From assembly GCA_963718315.1 (NCBI GenBank), contig CAVQZC010000003.1, positions 151,748 through 215,747 of the forward strand: DNA of 64,000 bases, read 5' to 3'. The DNA is from an uncultured Actinomycetes bacterium (lineage in GTDB: Bacteria; Actinomycetota; Thermoleophilia; Gaiellales; JAICJC01). Shown one piece after another: positions 31,648 through 41,188 of this stretch. The stretch's first letter is position 1, and the number at the start of each line of letters is the position of its first letter. The translations under genes were made by a program, and so were the position numbers. The notes below the pieces were generated by a model. That model was not told the origin of the DNA and made no database searches. It saw only the letters and a list, made by a program, of their open reading frames with translations.

Positions 31648-32131
31648 TCAATCCGACTCCCTGATCGGGACGCTCACGCTCCGATACTGGTTGAACGGGT
31701 TGTCGTCCAGCTCAGGCTGCTCCGTCCTGACCCCGGCCGCGAAGACGAGCCGGCCCTCGCCCGACGTGACTTTCACCTCGTACTTCGTGACCAGGCGCGT
31801 CCCGGCAGGTACGAACCCATACTCACAGTCGGGGCCGTCCCCGGAGATTCCGAGGTCGCACACGGCGCGCCGGATCCGGCCGCCGTGCACCCTCGGAACG
31901 GTGTCCATCTCGACCTTCTCCGGGCCGTTGTTGCGGATCACCTGTGTGAACCAGACCAGCGTGCCTGTGGCCACCGGCGTCGACGGGACCCTTGAGCGCC
32001 GTCACCGCCATGTCTGCGGTTGGCGCGCTCGCGCCGCTGGAGGCGGCCGCCAGCACTGCCATCGCGGCGACCAGGCCAACCAGTACGCCGGCGTGTACGA
32101 CGCGCCGGGTCCATGTCCGATTGCTGTTCAT
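31648..32131 (-). pseudogene. Small secreted DUF11/CARDB-like protein, one frameshift near 31985
   Basis: The signal-bearing N-terminus (ORF 31823-32131, MNSNRTWTRRVVHAGVLVGLVAAMAVLAAASSGASA...ADMAVTALKGPVDA) joins VATGTLVWFTQVIRNNGPEKVEM... in ORF 31648-31974. Confidence 0.55.
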
Positions 32132-32144
32132 GGTCTCTCCCCTC

Positions 32145-33107
32145 CTAGTGGCAAGACGCGGTTCCGCTGTCCGAGAACGATGCCCCGGGGATGTGCAGGA
32201 ACTCCCAGCTGTAGCTGTCTGTGTGGAGCGTCAGCTTGAGGACGCCGTACGTGCTGCTGTTGCGTACCTGGCTATTCCGGCGAACCGATGTAAAGCCGCC
32301 GTGGTCGACCCCGCCGGTGCCGACCACGATCTCGCGTATCCCGTTCGCGCTCGGGCTTCCGGTCGGCGTCTGCGGCGCAAAGCGCTCGTAGTTGTGGGCG
32401 TGGCCGTTCAGCACGAGGTCGACGTGGGCGTCGTACAGGTCGCGCCAGATCGCGCTCATCGCGGGCTCCTGGGCAAGCGCCGAGGATGAGAACAGCGGTT
32501 CGTGCCAGTACGCGAGCGTGCACCTGTTGGTGTGTGTTGCCAGGTCGTGCTTCAGCCAGGTCTCCTGGGTCGAACCGGCTGCGCACGACACGACCGGGCA
32601 CTCCGAGTTCAAGGCGATCAGGTGCCAGGCGCCGATGTCGTAGGAGTAGTACCCCTTGCCGACCGGCGCGGCGCGGGAGCCGAAGTACGAGAAGTAACCC
32701 TCGGCGTGGGAGTGAGCGCAGCTTCCCTTCTCGGTCTGCTCCCCGTATTCGTGGTTGCCCGGCACTGGGTCTGCGATCGGGTTGAACTGCCCCCACGACT
32801 TCGCATACGACGCCTTGAAGTCGGTGAGCAAGCCGCAGTAGTACTGCTCATCGCCCAGCGGCAGCACGGCGGCCGGGGACTGGGCTTTTGCCAGCGCCGC
32901 CGTCGAAGCAGCCCGGCACGCCGTTGCGGTGCCCTTACCGTCGTTGAAATGCGGATCGTGCGGCGAACAGGCGAGATCGCCGGCGGCGACGATCACCGGA
33001 TCGGACGCGGCGCGTGCGCCCCCTGCGCGGATGCCGGGAGCCATCGAACCGGTCAACGCGACCATCACGCAGAGAGCTAATCCCGAGATGAGACGGCGCC
33101 GGCGCAT
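32145..33107 (-). CDS. Secreted calcineurin-like metallophosphoesterase
   Basis: Start MRRRRLISGLALCVMVALTG shares 1 nt with the upstream stop. AAGDLAC, GNHEY and NGHAHNYER motifs. Confidence 0.8.
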   Translation of the reverse strand: MRRRRLISGLALCVMVALTGSMAPGIRAGGARAASDPVIVAAGDLACSPHDPHFNDGKGTATACRAASTAALAKAQSPAAVLPLGDEQYYCGLLTDFKASYAKSWGQFNPIADPVPGNHEYGEQTEKGSCAHSHAEGYFSYFGSRAAPVGKGYYSYDIGAWHLIALNSECPVVSCAAGSTQETWLKHDLATHTNRCTLAYWHEPLFSSSALAQEPAMSAIWRDLYDAHVDLVLNGHAHNYERFAPQTPTGSPSANGIREIVVGTGGVDHGGFTSVRRNSQVRNSSTYGVLKLTLHTDSYSWEFLHIPGASFSDSGTASCH

Positions 33108-34501
33108 CAGTGGTAGGCGACGAGCCCTCCGGTCAGGGTTGCCGTAACGAGGTAGCCGTCGGCAAATACCGGCTGTGCGAACTCCCGCGTAGATCCCTCG
33201 GAGATCGTGCGCAGCTTGGCCCCGGTGGACGCGTTGATGAGATACAGGGCGTTCGGGTGCGCGCTGTCCCACGTCGCGACGGCCACGACCCCGGCAGCGT
33301 TCTCGGTCGGAGTTCCTGTCACGCCCGCTCCCAGTCCTGTCTGCCAGATCGGTGCGCCGGTCGCGGGGTTGAGCGAGCGGATCGAGCCTGGATAGCTCGT
33401 GCTGCCGATCTTTGTCGGGTTGCCCGCGACGATCAGGTGGGCGCCGTCCCAGATCGATCCAGCCACGCAGGCTCCGCGTGATGTGTCCACCTTGAACTGC
33501 CAGACCTCCTTCATGGTCGTGGCGTTGAGGGCATAGAACGAGCCGTTCTTGTTACACGCGCCGACCAGTCGCGTCTTGACGCCGCCGATGGTCGCTGAGA
33601 ACAGGACAGGGGAAGCGCCGAAGTCGCCATCTCCCACCTGCTGGCTTGGGGGCAGCGTCCAGATCGCCTTCTTGGCGAGCGTCGAGGCGTTCAGGTCGAC
33701 GATCGAGTCGCTATCTCCCTGCGGCGCCTTGGAGTCGAGCGCGTTCCCCGTGGTCACCCAGACGTCGGTTGCGTTTGCTGCGGAGGTGGACCAGATCGTC
33801 GCGCCGGGTGTCCCCGCCGGCGTTCCCGCCATGCCCTGGTAGACGTGCTGAAGCGCTCCTGTGGATTGTGCGAACTTCATCTCCTCGCCGGGCACGAGCG
33901 GGACATCGCAGTCGCTGGCTATGCCGAGGTAGATCGATCCATTGGCGACGGTCGGCGACGACCAGTTCATGTAGTCGTTCTTGGTCGCACTGGGCAGCTT
34001 GGTGGCGACCTTCCAGTCCACCGCGCCTGTCGCGGCGTCGAGCGCGTACAGATACCCGTCGCCCCCTGGGTCGTAGATCGTCAGCTTGCCCGTCTGTGGA
34101 TCGGTCGCTGCTGTCGGGGATGCCACGAACCCGAACCCTTCGCAGGTCCTCTTCAGCTGGTACGCCTTGAGGTCATCCGTCCATTTGACCTTGCCGGTAC
34201 TCAGCGAGATCGCGTAGAACACGCCGGTGTCGGTGCCCTCGTAGACGGTGCCGCTGACAACGTCGGGCGTCGAATAGAGCGTTGCCGCCGGACGGCCGGA
34301 GATCGCGGGTGGCTTCCATGTCCAGGTTTTGCTGAGAGCCGCGACCTTCGCCGGTGTCACCGTCGGATCGGCGGACACCGAGCTGTGAAGCGGGGAGGCG
34401 AGAAACGCAGCCCAGTTCGAGCCCGTGGCCGCCTGCGAGCTGACAGCTGTCGCTGCCACCAGGCCAACAACACTTAGTGCGATCCGACGCCAGGGAGCCA
34501 C
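33107..34501 (-). CDS. Secreted PQQ-like beta-propeller repeat protein, copy 2 (intact)
   Basis: 464 aa with a signal peptide. Repeated GTVYEG..G.FYA.SL.TG...W blades. Roughly two-thirds identical by eye to copy 1. Confidence 0.8.
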   Translation of the reverse strand: MAPWRRIALSVVGLVAATAVSSQAATGSNWAAFLASPLHSSVSADPTVTPAKVAALSKTWTWKPPAISGRPAATLYSTPDVVSGTVYEGTDTGVFYAISLSTGKVKWTDDLKAYQLKRTCEGFGFVASPTAATDPQTGKLTIYDPGGDGYLYALDAATGAVDWKVATKLPSATKNDYMNWSSPTVANGSIYLGIASDCDVPLVPGEEMKFAQSTGALQHVYQGMAGTPAGTPGATIWSTSAANATDVWVTTGNALDSKAPQGDSDSIVDLNASTLAKKAIWTLPPSQQVGDGDFGASPVLFSATIGGVKTRLVGACNKNGSFYALNATTMKEVWQFKVDTSRGACVAGSIWDGAHLIVAGNPTKIGSTSYPGSIRSLNPATGAPIWQTGLGAGVTGTPTENAAGVVAVATWDSAHPNALYLINASTGAKLRTISEGSTREFAQPVFADGYLVTATLTGGLVAYH

Positions 34502-34630
34502 TCGCGGAGCCTCTCTCTCGTTCAGACAACGAGAAGCGCTAACAGCCTACTCCTGTTTGCGGACGTTTGCTCGCACGCAGACCAGCGGCCCCGCCCAGAT
34601 GATGGACGGGGCCGCCAGAGAGAGGGACGG

Positions 34631-36219
34631 TCAGTCGCCCGCGGTGGTCGGCTCGGGCTCGGGCAGATCCACGGTGCGGATCGGGCCCTTGAACCAGTTC
34701 TTCGCCGACACTTGCCAGTACACGAATGCGTACAACGCGACCGCGCCGACGATCAGCGGGCAGTAGTTGATCGACCCGTTGTTCCAGGCAAACCCTGCGT
34801 CGCCCGGGATGCCTAACGGCGAGGTGGGGAGGCAGGCGATGACGCAGACCACGATCACCTCGACGACGGCGACCGGGCACATCCATTTGTACTTGCTGCC
34901 AAGCGTCCACGGCCCGGCCTGGAATCTGCTGCCCATCCGCCAGCGCAGAAACACTGGGATCACGTAGGCGAGGTAGAGGCCCACTACCGTGACGGATGCC
35001 AGGGCGTAGAACGCAACCGGCACCCGGGCGGCGTTGCCGTACAAGGCCGGAAGGGTGACGATGGCGCAGACGCCGGCCATGCCGAGCGTTGCGTTGCGAG
35101 GCGCCCGGTTCGACGCCACCTTCGACCACACCTGGTGACCGGGGATGGCCCGGTCGCGGCTGAACGCGTACATCATCCGCGAGGCGCTGGTCAGACCGGA
35201 GCCGCCGCAGAAGAACTGGCCGATGGTGGAGATGATCATCACGGCCTTGAACCCGGCCAGACCGAGTGCGGTCGCGAAGATACCGATCGACGAGCCGGCG
35301 CCGTACGGGTTGGCGGTCGAGATAACGTCTGCGTTCTTCACCGCGAACAGGAACCCCAGCAGCAGGATCCAGCCGCCGATCGCCGAGTAGAACACCGACC
35401 GCCACATACCCTGGGCGGCCGCCTTGGCGGCTCCCGTGGTCTCTTCCGAGAGGTGAGCGGAGGCGTCGAAGCCGGTGATCGTGTACTGGGTCAGGATCAC
35501 CCCCAGCGGCACGACGTAGAGGAAGAACTTGAGCCCGCTGGTCCCGCCGGAGAAGCCGGAGTTGTTGATCCAGTGCGTAAACACGAACGAGGCGCTCTGA
35601 TGCGAGCTCGGGCCGAAGATCAGGATCAGGACGATGACTCGACGCTCCCACGATGTGCCAGTAGGCGGACGTGTTGTTCCAGAACGCCAGGATGTGAGAG
35701 GGGAACAGGTTGATGAACACGTGAACAGCCAGGATTCAGCAGGAACCATCCGAAGATGTACTTCAGGTTGAACGCGTCGTAGCTGGTGTCGAACAGCCCG
35801 ATCGTGTACGACAGGAAGGACGCGCACGCGTAGTCCACCGAGGCGACAACGCCCACCAGGCCGATCAGGTTGAACCACCCGGTGTACCACCCAGCCTTTG
35901 GGCCTCCGAGCTTTGCGGCCCAGTAGTAGATCCCGCCTGCCGTGGGCATCGCCGAGACGACCTCGGCCATGCATAGCGCAACGATCAGGATGAGAGCAGC
36001 TACAACCGGCCAGCCGATCGAGACCATGACCGGCCCACCGTTGTTCCAGGCCGCGAAGAAGTTCGTGAAGCAGCCGGCCAGGATCGAGATGATGGAGAAC
36101 GAGATCGCGAAGTTGGTGAAGCCACCCCAGGAGCGCTCGAGCTCCTGTTTGTAGCCCAGCTCGGCGAGCCGTTGTTCGTCGGCGTCGAGCTGGCGCTGGG
36201 TCGGCGGAGACTCAGCCAT
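34631..36219 (-). pseudogene. APC-family amino acid permease, two frameshifts near 35737 and 35641
   Basis: The N-terminus (ORF 35626-36219, ...MPTAGGIYYWAAKLGG...), a middle piece ILAVHVFINLFPSHILAFWNNTSAYWHIVGAS (ORF 34539-35720 frame) and the C-terminal 330 aa (ORF 34631-35974) occupy three frames. Confidence 0.8.
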
Positions 36220-36310
36220 CCTTGCTCCTTCCCTAGGACTGCAGACAACCGGGCTATACCGGTGATGGCGCGACTATACGGCTTGCACCTGCGCATGTCG
36301 ACGGCAGGAC

Positions 36311-37210
36311 TTGGCGTCAGTCGCCAGAACTCCTGCCGCGATGGGACCCGCGCCCGTACGGCTGCTGCGCGTGGCCGCCGTGGCGTGCCTGGCGGTCGCG
36401 GTGCTGAACGCCTTGCTCGCCAAGCAGCACGAGTGGGGCCAGACGACCGAGGGCTGGCTGCTGGTCGTCTCCGGGCTGGCCCTGATCGCCGCCCACGTCC
36501 TGTTCGACCGCGGCGGGCCCGGGCCTACCCGGCGGCCGGAGTTGCTGCTGGCGGGTGTGCTCGGTGCGGTCTTCCTGCCACTCGGGCTGGTGCTGCTGCT
36601 GCTCTCGCCGGCCGCCTACCTCACCTACACGGCCTACTCGTCGGTGCCCTTCATCGGCCTGCTCGGTGTCAGCGGACGCGTCGCCGGGGACGCGCTTCTC
36701 ATCTCCACACTGGTGTATGCCGCCGCCTACGTCGTCGGCCGCCACCCGCGCTGGCTGACCGCGACGCCGCTGGCTCTGATCGTGGGCGCCGACCTCCGCA
36801 TCCAGGGCTCGACCACCGTCGGCGGACCCAGCTGGGGCCGGTTCATCCTGCTGGCAGCCGGCGTGCTGGTGCTGGAGGTCGTCGGCGAGCGCCTCGCCGA
36901 CGAGGACGGCCGTAACCTGAAGGTGGCGGGCGCCCTGCTGGTGCCTCTCGTCTACGTCACCGCTCCGGCCGCCCGGCATCCGGGAACGCAGCGCGACATC
37001 ATTCTGGCCGTGCTGATCGGCCTGCTCGCGCTGCTGGCCAACCGCCGGCTGACCGTCGGGATCGGGGCGGCGCTGGTCGTCATGGTCGCCGTGACGGGCT
37101 ACGAGATCGTGCGCGCCGGAAGCCTGATCCCGGCGCTCGTGACCGCGGTTATCGCCGTCGTCCTACTGGTGGCTGCGCAGCGCGCTCCGGTGCCCTACCG
37201 ACAGCGATAG
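36311..37210 (+). CDS. Hypothetical integral membrane protein
   Basis: 299-aa multi-TM ORF. TTG 36311 or ATG 36341 start. I recognise no family. The 3' end overlaps the convergent gene by 48 nt. Confidence 0.5.
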   Translation: MASVARTPAAMGPAPVRLLRVAAVACLAVAVLNALLAKQHEWGQTTEGWLLVVSGLALIAAHVLFDRGGPGPTRRPELLLAGVLGAVFLPLGLVLLLLSPAAYLTYTAYSSVPFIGLLGVSGRVAGDALLISTLVYAAAYVVGRHPRWLTATPLALIVGADLRIQGSTTVGGPSWGRFILLAAGVLVLEVVGERLADEDGRNLKVAGALLVPLVYVTAPAARHPGTQRDIILAVLIGLLALLANRRLTVGIGAALVVMVAVTGYEIVRAGSLIPALVTAVIAVVLLVAAQRAPVPYRQR

Positions 37211-38326
37211 CGCGGCGTCCAGGTCTTCGATCAGGTCGTCGGCCGACTCGATCCCCACCGACAGCCGCACCAGGTTCGATGGCGTCGCAAACGGCGCGTC
37301 CGCCGTCGATGCGTGCGTCATCCGCGCGGGATGCTCGATCAGGCTCTCGACACCGCCCAGGCTCTCGGCCAGCGCCCACACCTTCGTCCGTGCCACCAGA
37401 TCGACTGCCAGCTGCTCCGACTCGACCAGGAACGACACCATCCCGCCGAAGTCGCGCATCTGCCGCTCGGCGATCTCGTGCCCGGGGTGGCTGGCCAGCC
37501 CGGGGTACAGCACCTTCTCCACCGCCGAGTGGCCCTCCAGGTGCCCGACCACCGCCCTGGCGTTCTCGCAGTGCTGGCGCATCCTCACGGCCAGCGTCTT
37601 CAGGCCGCGCAGGCACAGCCAGGCGTCGAACGGGCCGGGGATCGCGCCCAGCGAGTTCTGCAGGAAGCCGAGCTGCTCGTCGAGGGCGGCGTCGGCGGTC
37701 ACCGCGCAGCCCCCGACCAGGTCGGAGTGCCCACCCAGGTACTTGGTGGTCGAGTGGACGACGATGTCGGCGCCCAGCTCCAGCGGCCGCTGCAGGTACG
37801 GCGAGGCGAACGTGTTGTCGACCACGACCAGCGCGCCCACGTCGTGGGCAGCCCGCGCCGCGGCCGCGATGTCGATCACGTTCAGCAGCGGGTTGGTGGG
37901 CGACTCCAGCCAGACCAGCCGCGTCCGCTCGTCGAGGTGCGATGCCATGTCCTGGTTGCACGCGTCCGCCGACACGAAGCTGAACTCGTAGCCCTTGGGC
38001 GCATAGACCTTCGAGAACAGGCGGTAGGTGCCGCCGTAGACGTCGTTCACCGAGACGATCCGGTCGCCCGGTGAGACGAGGTGCATGACCGTCGTGGCGG
38101 CCGCCATCCCGGAGCCAAACGCCCGGCCGTGGCTGCCGCCCTCGAGCGACGCCATGCAGGCCTCGAACGCCTCCCGCGTCGGGTTGGCAGTGCGCGCGTA
38201 GTCGTAACGAAACTCCCCGACCGCCTGCTGGACGTAGGTCGAGGTCTGGTAGATGGGGACGGTGACCGCTCCGGTCAGCGGATCCGGCTCCTGGCCGTCG
38301 TGGATTGCGCGGGTCTCGAAGTCCAT
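37163..38326 (-). CDS. Cystathionine gamma-lyase/synthase (Cys/Met-metabolism PLP family)
   Basis: Start MDFETRAIHDGQ shares 1 nt with the upstream stop. YARTANPT, HSTTKYLGGHSD (PLP lysine) and RLSVGIE. Confidence 0.88.
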   Translation of the reverse strand: MDFETRAIHDGQEPDPLTGAVTVPIYQTSTYVQQAVGEFRYDYARTANPTREAFEACMASLEGGSHGRAFGSGMAAATTVMHLVSPGDRIVSVNDVYGGTYRLFSKVYAPKGYEFSFVSADACNQDMASHLDERTRLVWLESPTNPLLNVIDIAAAARAAHDVGALVVVDNTFASPYLQRPLELGADIVVHSTTKYLGGHSDLVGGCAVTADAALDEQLGFLQNSLGAIPGPFDAWLCLRGLKTLAVRMRQHCENARAVVGHLEGHSAVEKVLYPGLASHPGHEIAERQMRDFGGMVSFLVESEQLAVDLVARTKVWALAESLGGVESLIEHPARMTHASTADAPFATPSNLVRLSVGIESADDLIEDLDAALSLSVGHRSALRSHQ

Positions 38327-39468
38327 CAGGACCGGACGATACTCGACACGCCGACCGCGTCGGCGAGCCGTCGAAGCGCCCTCTCGAGCGCTTCCTCGCG
38401 GCTGTCGCTCCAGCGCACCTTCGGCTCGCGGTGGAATGCCTGCAGCCGCAGCTCGCCGGCGGCGCGGTCGGTCTTCAGGTCGGCCCGGCCGACGATCCGG
38501 TCGCCGTGCACGAAGGGCAGCACGTAGTAGCCGTACTGCCGCTCGTGCGGCCGCTTGTAGACCTCGATCAGGTGGTCGAAGCCGATCACGCGCTGGGCGA
38601 ACGGCCGGTCCCAGAGCAGGTTGTCGAACGGCGACAAAAGGACGGCCGCCGTGGGCGCTCGGGAGCCGACCGGCGCGCCTGCGTCGACCAGCACCGGCGC
38701 CCCGCCGTCGGCCACGGCCACCCGCTCCAGCACGCCCTCGCTCACCAGGTGCTCGACGTGGGGGCGGATCCGCGCCACCCCTCCCCGCAGCCGGTTGTGC
38801 TCGACGATGCCCGACTCGGTCAGCGCGCCGCGGGCGCGCACCGCCCGCGCGATCAGCGTGCGCAGGTACTCGTCGGCGCCGGGCACCGGGGCGCCCAGCA
38901 CCTCGTCGGGGAGCACCCGCTCGGGAAGGTCGTACAGCCGCTGGAAGCCCTGGCGGCCGGCGATCGCGAGCTGCCCCGCCGTCCACAGCGCCTCCAGCAT
39001 CCGCTTGGCGGGCTTCAGGCTCCACATCCCGGTGCCGCGCTGCCCCTCGAAGTGGCGCGAGCCGAGCGGCCCGCGCTCTCGGATCTCGCCGAGCACCTGG
39101 TCGGCAAGCTCGGGCTCCTTCTCGATGATTGCGCCCCACCACGGATGGGTGCCGTCGTTGACCATCACGTGGCGGTAGAGCGGCCAGTCCGCAACCGGGA
39201 GCAGGCAGCACTCGTGGGCCCAGTATTCGAACAGCGCTCCACGCTCCAGCAGTCTTGACACGGTGGCCCGCGGGTAGGCCCCGACCCGCGATGCCAGCGT
39301 GATCCGGTGGCTGCGGTCGACCGTCGAGATGGAGTCGAGCTGCACGGCCGACAGCCGGGCAACGGCGGCGGCGACCTCGATCGGCCGGCCCCGCCGGCTG
39401 CGCGAGGCGTACCCCTGGGCAGCGATCACGTGGCGGCGGAGCTCCGCCACCGAGACGGTGCGCGTCAT
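38326..39468 (-). CDS. Winged-helix YcaQ/AlkZ-like protein (DNA glycosylase family, HTH_42)
   Basis: 380 aa. LQLDSISTVDRSH, ALFEYWAHE, SPFDNLLWDR and YYVLPF are, as I recall it, typical of the YcaQ family. ATGA overlap with the cbs stop. Confidence 0.65.
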   Translation of the reverse strand: MTRTVSVAELRRHVIAAQGYASRSRRGRPIEVAAAVARLSAVQLDSISTVDRSHRITLASRVGAYPRATVSRLLERGALFEYWAHECCLLPVADWPLYRHVMVNDGTHPWWGAIIEKEPELADQVLGEIRERGPLGSRHFEGQRGTGMWSLKPAKRMLEALWTAGQLAIAGRQGFQRLYDLPERVLPDEVLGAPVPGADEYLRTLIARAVRARGALTESGIVEHNRLRGGVARIRPHVEHLVSEGVLERVAVADGGAPVLVDAGAPVGSRAPTAAVLLSPFDNLLWDRPFAQRVIGFDHLIEVYKRPHERQYGYYVLPFVHGDRIVGRADLKTDRAAGELRLQAFHREPKVRWSDSREEALERALRRLADAVGVSSIVRS

Positions 39469-40865
39469 CTGCGGGTGCGGGTGTGCGCCAGGTACTCGAG
39501 CAGGTCGGAGCGGGTCAGCATCCCGGCCGGGCGGCCGCCGGCGGCGACCACCACCGCCGGGCTGCCGCCGGTCAGGTCGGCGTACACCCGGTCGATCGAC
39601 TCGGCGGCATCGATCACGTGCAGCGGCGGCTGCATCGCCTGGGCGACGCCGTCGCGCAGCGCATCGGGGTTCGTGAAGACGCGGTCGAGGACGCTGCGCT
39701 CGTGCACGCTGCCGACCAGGTCGGCCAGCGCGGGCGGATCCTCGCGGGCGACGGGCAGCTGCGAGATGCCGTAGCGCTGCATCAGCTCGATCGCCTCGCC
39801 GACCGTCTGGCCGGCCTGGATCACCACCAGCTCGGGCACGTCGTGGTCGTGGTGGTCGTCGCCCTTGGCGGCCAGGACGTCGGCCACCGACGGCGGCGGC
39901 TGGTCGCGCTCCACGAAGCCGTACTGGATCATGTAGGTGTCGTCGTAGAACTTCGAGAGGTAGGCGCGGCCGCTGTCGGGGATCAGCGTCAGTACCGTCG
40001 ACCCCGCCGGCATCTGCGCCGCCACCTCGAGCGCCGCGTGCACCGCGGTGCCGCCCGAGCCGCCGACCAGCAGCCCTTCCTCACGTGCCATCCGCCGCGC
40101 GGTCAGGAACGAGTCGCGGTCGGAGACCGTGACGAAGTCGTCGATCACCTCGAGGTCCATGGTGGTCGGGTAGAAGTCCTCGCCGATTCCCTCGACCAGG
40201 TAGGGGTGGACGTCGTCCGGCTGCGAGTAGATCGACCCCTCCGGGTCGGCGCCGACGATCCGGATCGAGGGATCCTGCTGCTTCAGGTAGCGGGCGACAC
40301 CGGAGACGGTTCCACCGGTGCCGAGGGCGATCACGACCGCCTGCACGTCGCCGCCGGTCTGCTCCCAGATCTCGGGCCCGGTGGTCTCGAAGTGCGCCTG
40401 CGGGTTGGCCATGTTGGCGTACTGGTTGGGCTTGTAGGCGCCGGGGATCTCCTCGGCCAGCCGGTCGGACACCGAGTAGTAGCTCTCGGGCGACTCGGGC
40501 TCGACGGCGGTCGGGCAGATCACCACCTCGGCGCCGTAGGCGCGCAGCAGCGAGATCTTCTCCTGGCTCATCTTGTCGGGCATCACGAAGACGCACCGGT
40601 ACCCCTTCAGCGCGGCCGCGATGGCCAGGCCGACGCCGGTGTTGCCGGAGGTTGGCTCGACGATCGTGCCGCCCGGCTTGAGCTTCCCGTCACGCTCTGC
40701 GGCCTCGATCATCCGCAGGCCGATCCGGTCCTTGACCGAGCCGCCGGGATTCAGGTACTCGAGCTTGGCGAGCACCGTCGAGCCGGTGCCCTCAGCCAGC
40801 CGCTGGAGGCGGACGATCGGCGTGTTGCCGACCAGGTCGAGCACCGAGGGGTAGTCGCGGGCCAT
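39465..40865 (-). CDS. cbs: Cystathionine beta-synthase (PLP domain + tandem CBS domains)
   Basis: Start MARDYPSVLDLVGNTPIV at ATG 40865. NPGGSVKDR, EPTSGNTG and GTGGT, plus a C-terminal CBS pair. Confidence 0.88.
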   Translation of the reverse strand: MARDYPSVLDLVGNTPIVRLQRLAEGTGSTVLAKLEYLNPGGSVKDRIGLRMIEAAERDGKLKPGGTIVEPTSGNTGVGLAIAAALKGYRCVFVMPDKMSQEKISLLRAYGAEVVICPTAVEPESPESYYSVSDRLAEEIPGAYKPNQYANMANPQAHFETTGPEIWEQTGGDVQAVVIALGTGGTVSGVARYLKQQDPSIRIVGADPEGSIYSQPDDVHPYLVEGIGEDFYPTTMDLEVIDDFVTVSDRDSFLTARRMAREEGLLVGGSGGTAVHAALEVAAQMPAGSTVLTLIPDSGRAYLSKFYDDTYMIQYGFVERDQPPPSVADVLAAKGDDHHDHDVPELVVIQAGQTVGEAIELMQRYGISQLPVAREDPPALADLVGSVHERSVLDRVFTNPDALRDGVAQAMQPPLHVIDAAESIDRVYADLTGGSPAVVVAAGGRPAGMLTRSDLLEYLAHTRTRR

Positions 40866-40942
40866 GTGCGGTGGGACTGTAGAGGAGCCAACCCTCGTTC
40901 GGAGGGCTGGGGTAGCCGTCCAACCCGCGGTCAAGCCTCCCG

Positions 40943-40991
40943 AAAAAAGGCATGCCCGTGGCCCCGGGCGGCTCCACACCCGGGGCCACGG
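40943..40991 (-). terminator. Terminator-like hairpin plus T6 inside the cbs upstream region
   Basis: Perfect 13-bp stem (40956-40968 with 40979-40991). On the minus strand it is followed by GCAUGCC and then UUUUUU (forward A6 at 40943-40948). Confidence 0.4.
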
Positions 40992-41188
40992 AGCTGGAGA
41001 CCTGGGCGCACCACAGCTTGGTGTAGACCCCAAGGAGAGTGCGCCCGTCTGGTCTCGTGGCACACGCGGGGATGAGCGTGTGCCATCTTGCAGTACAGCA
41101 CTGCGAGACCCTTAATGCGTCCCTCAAAAGGGGGTCGTCATGCCCGCACGCAGCAAAGTCTCATGCGCACACGAAGGCGCAGAACATG

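Noticed and set aside
40866-41188. A SAM-I, SAM-IV or SAH riboswitch in the cbs leader.
   Set aside because: The sequence has GGTGC and CTCATC fragments. CTCATC sits in a hairpin loop, no complementary GATGAG P1 strand exists, and GCAACC-type boxes are absent. The region is kept only as an unclassified structured leader.
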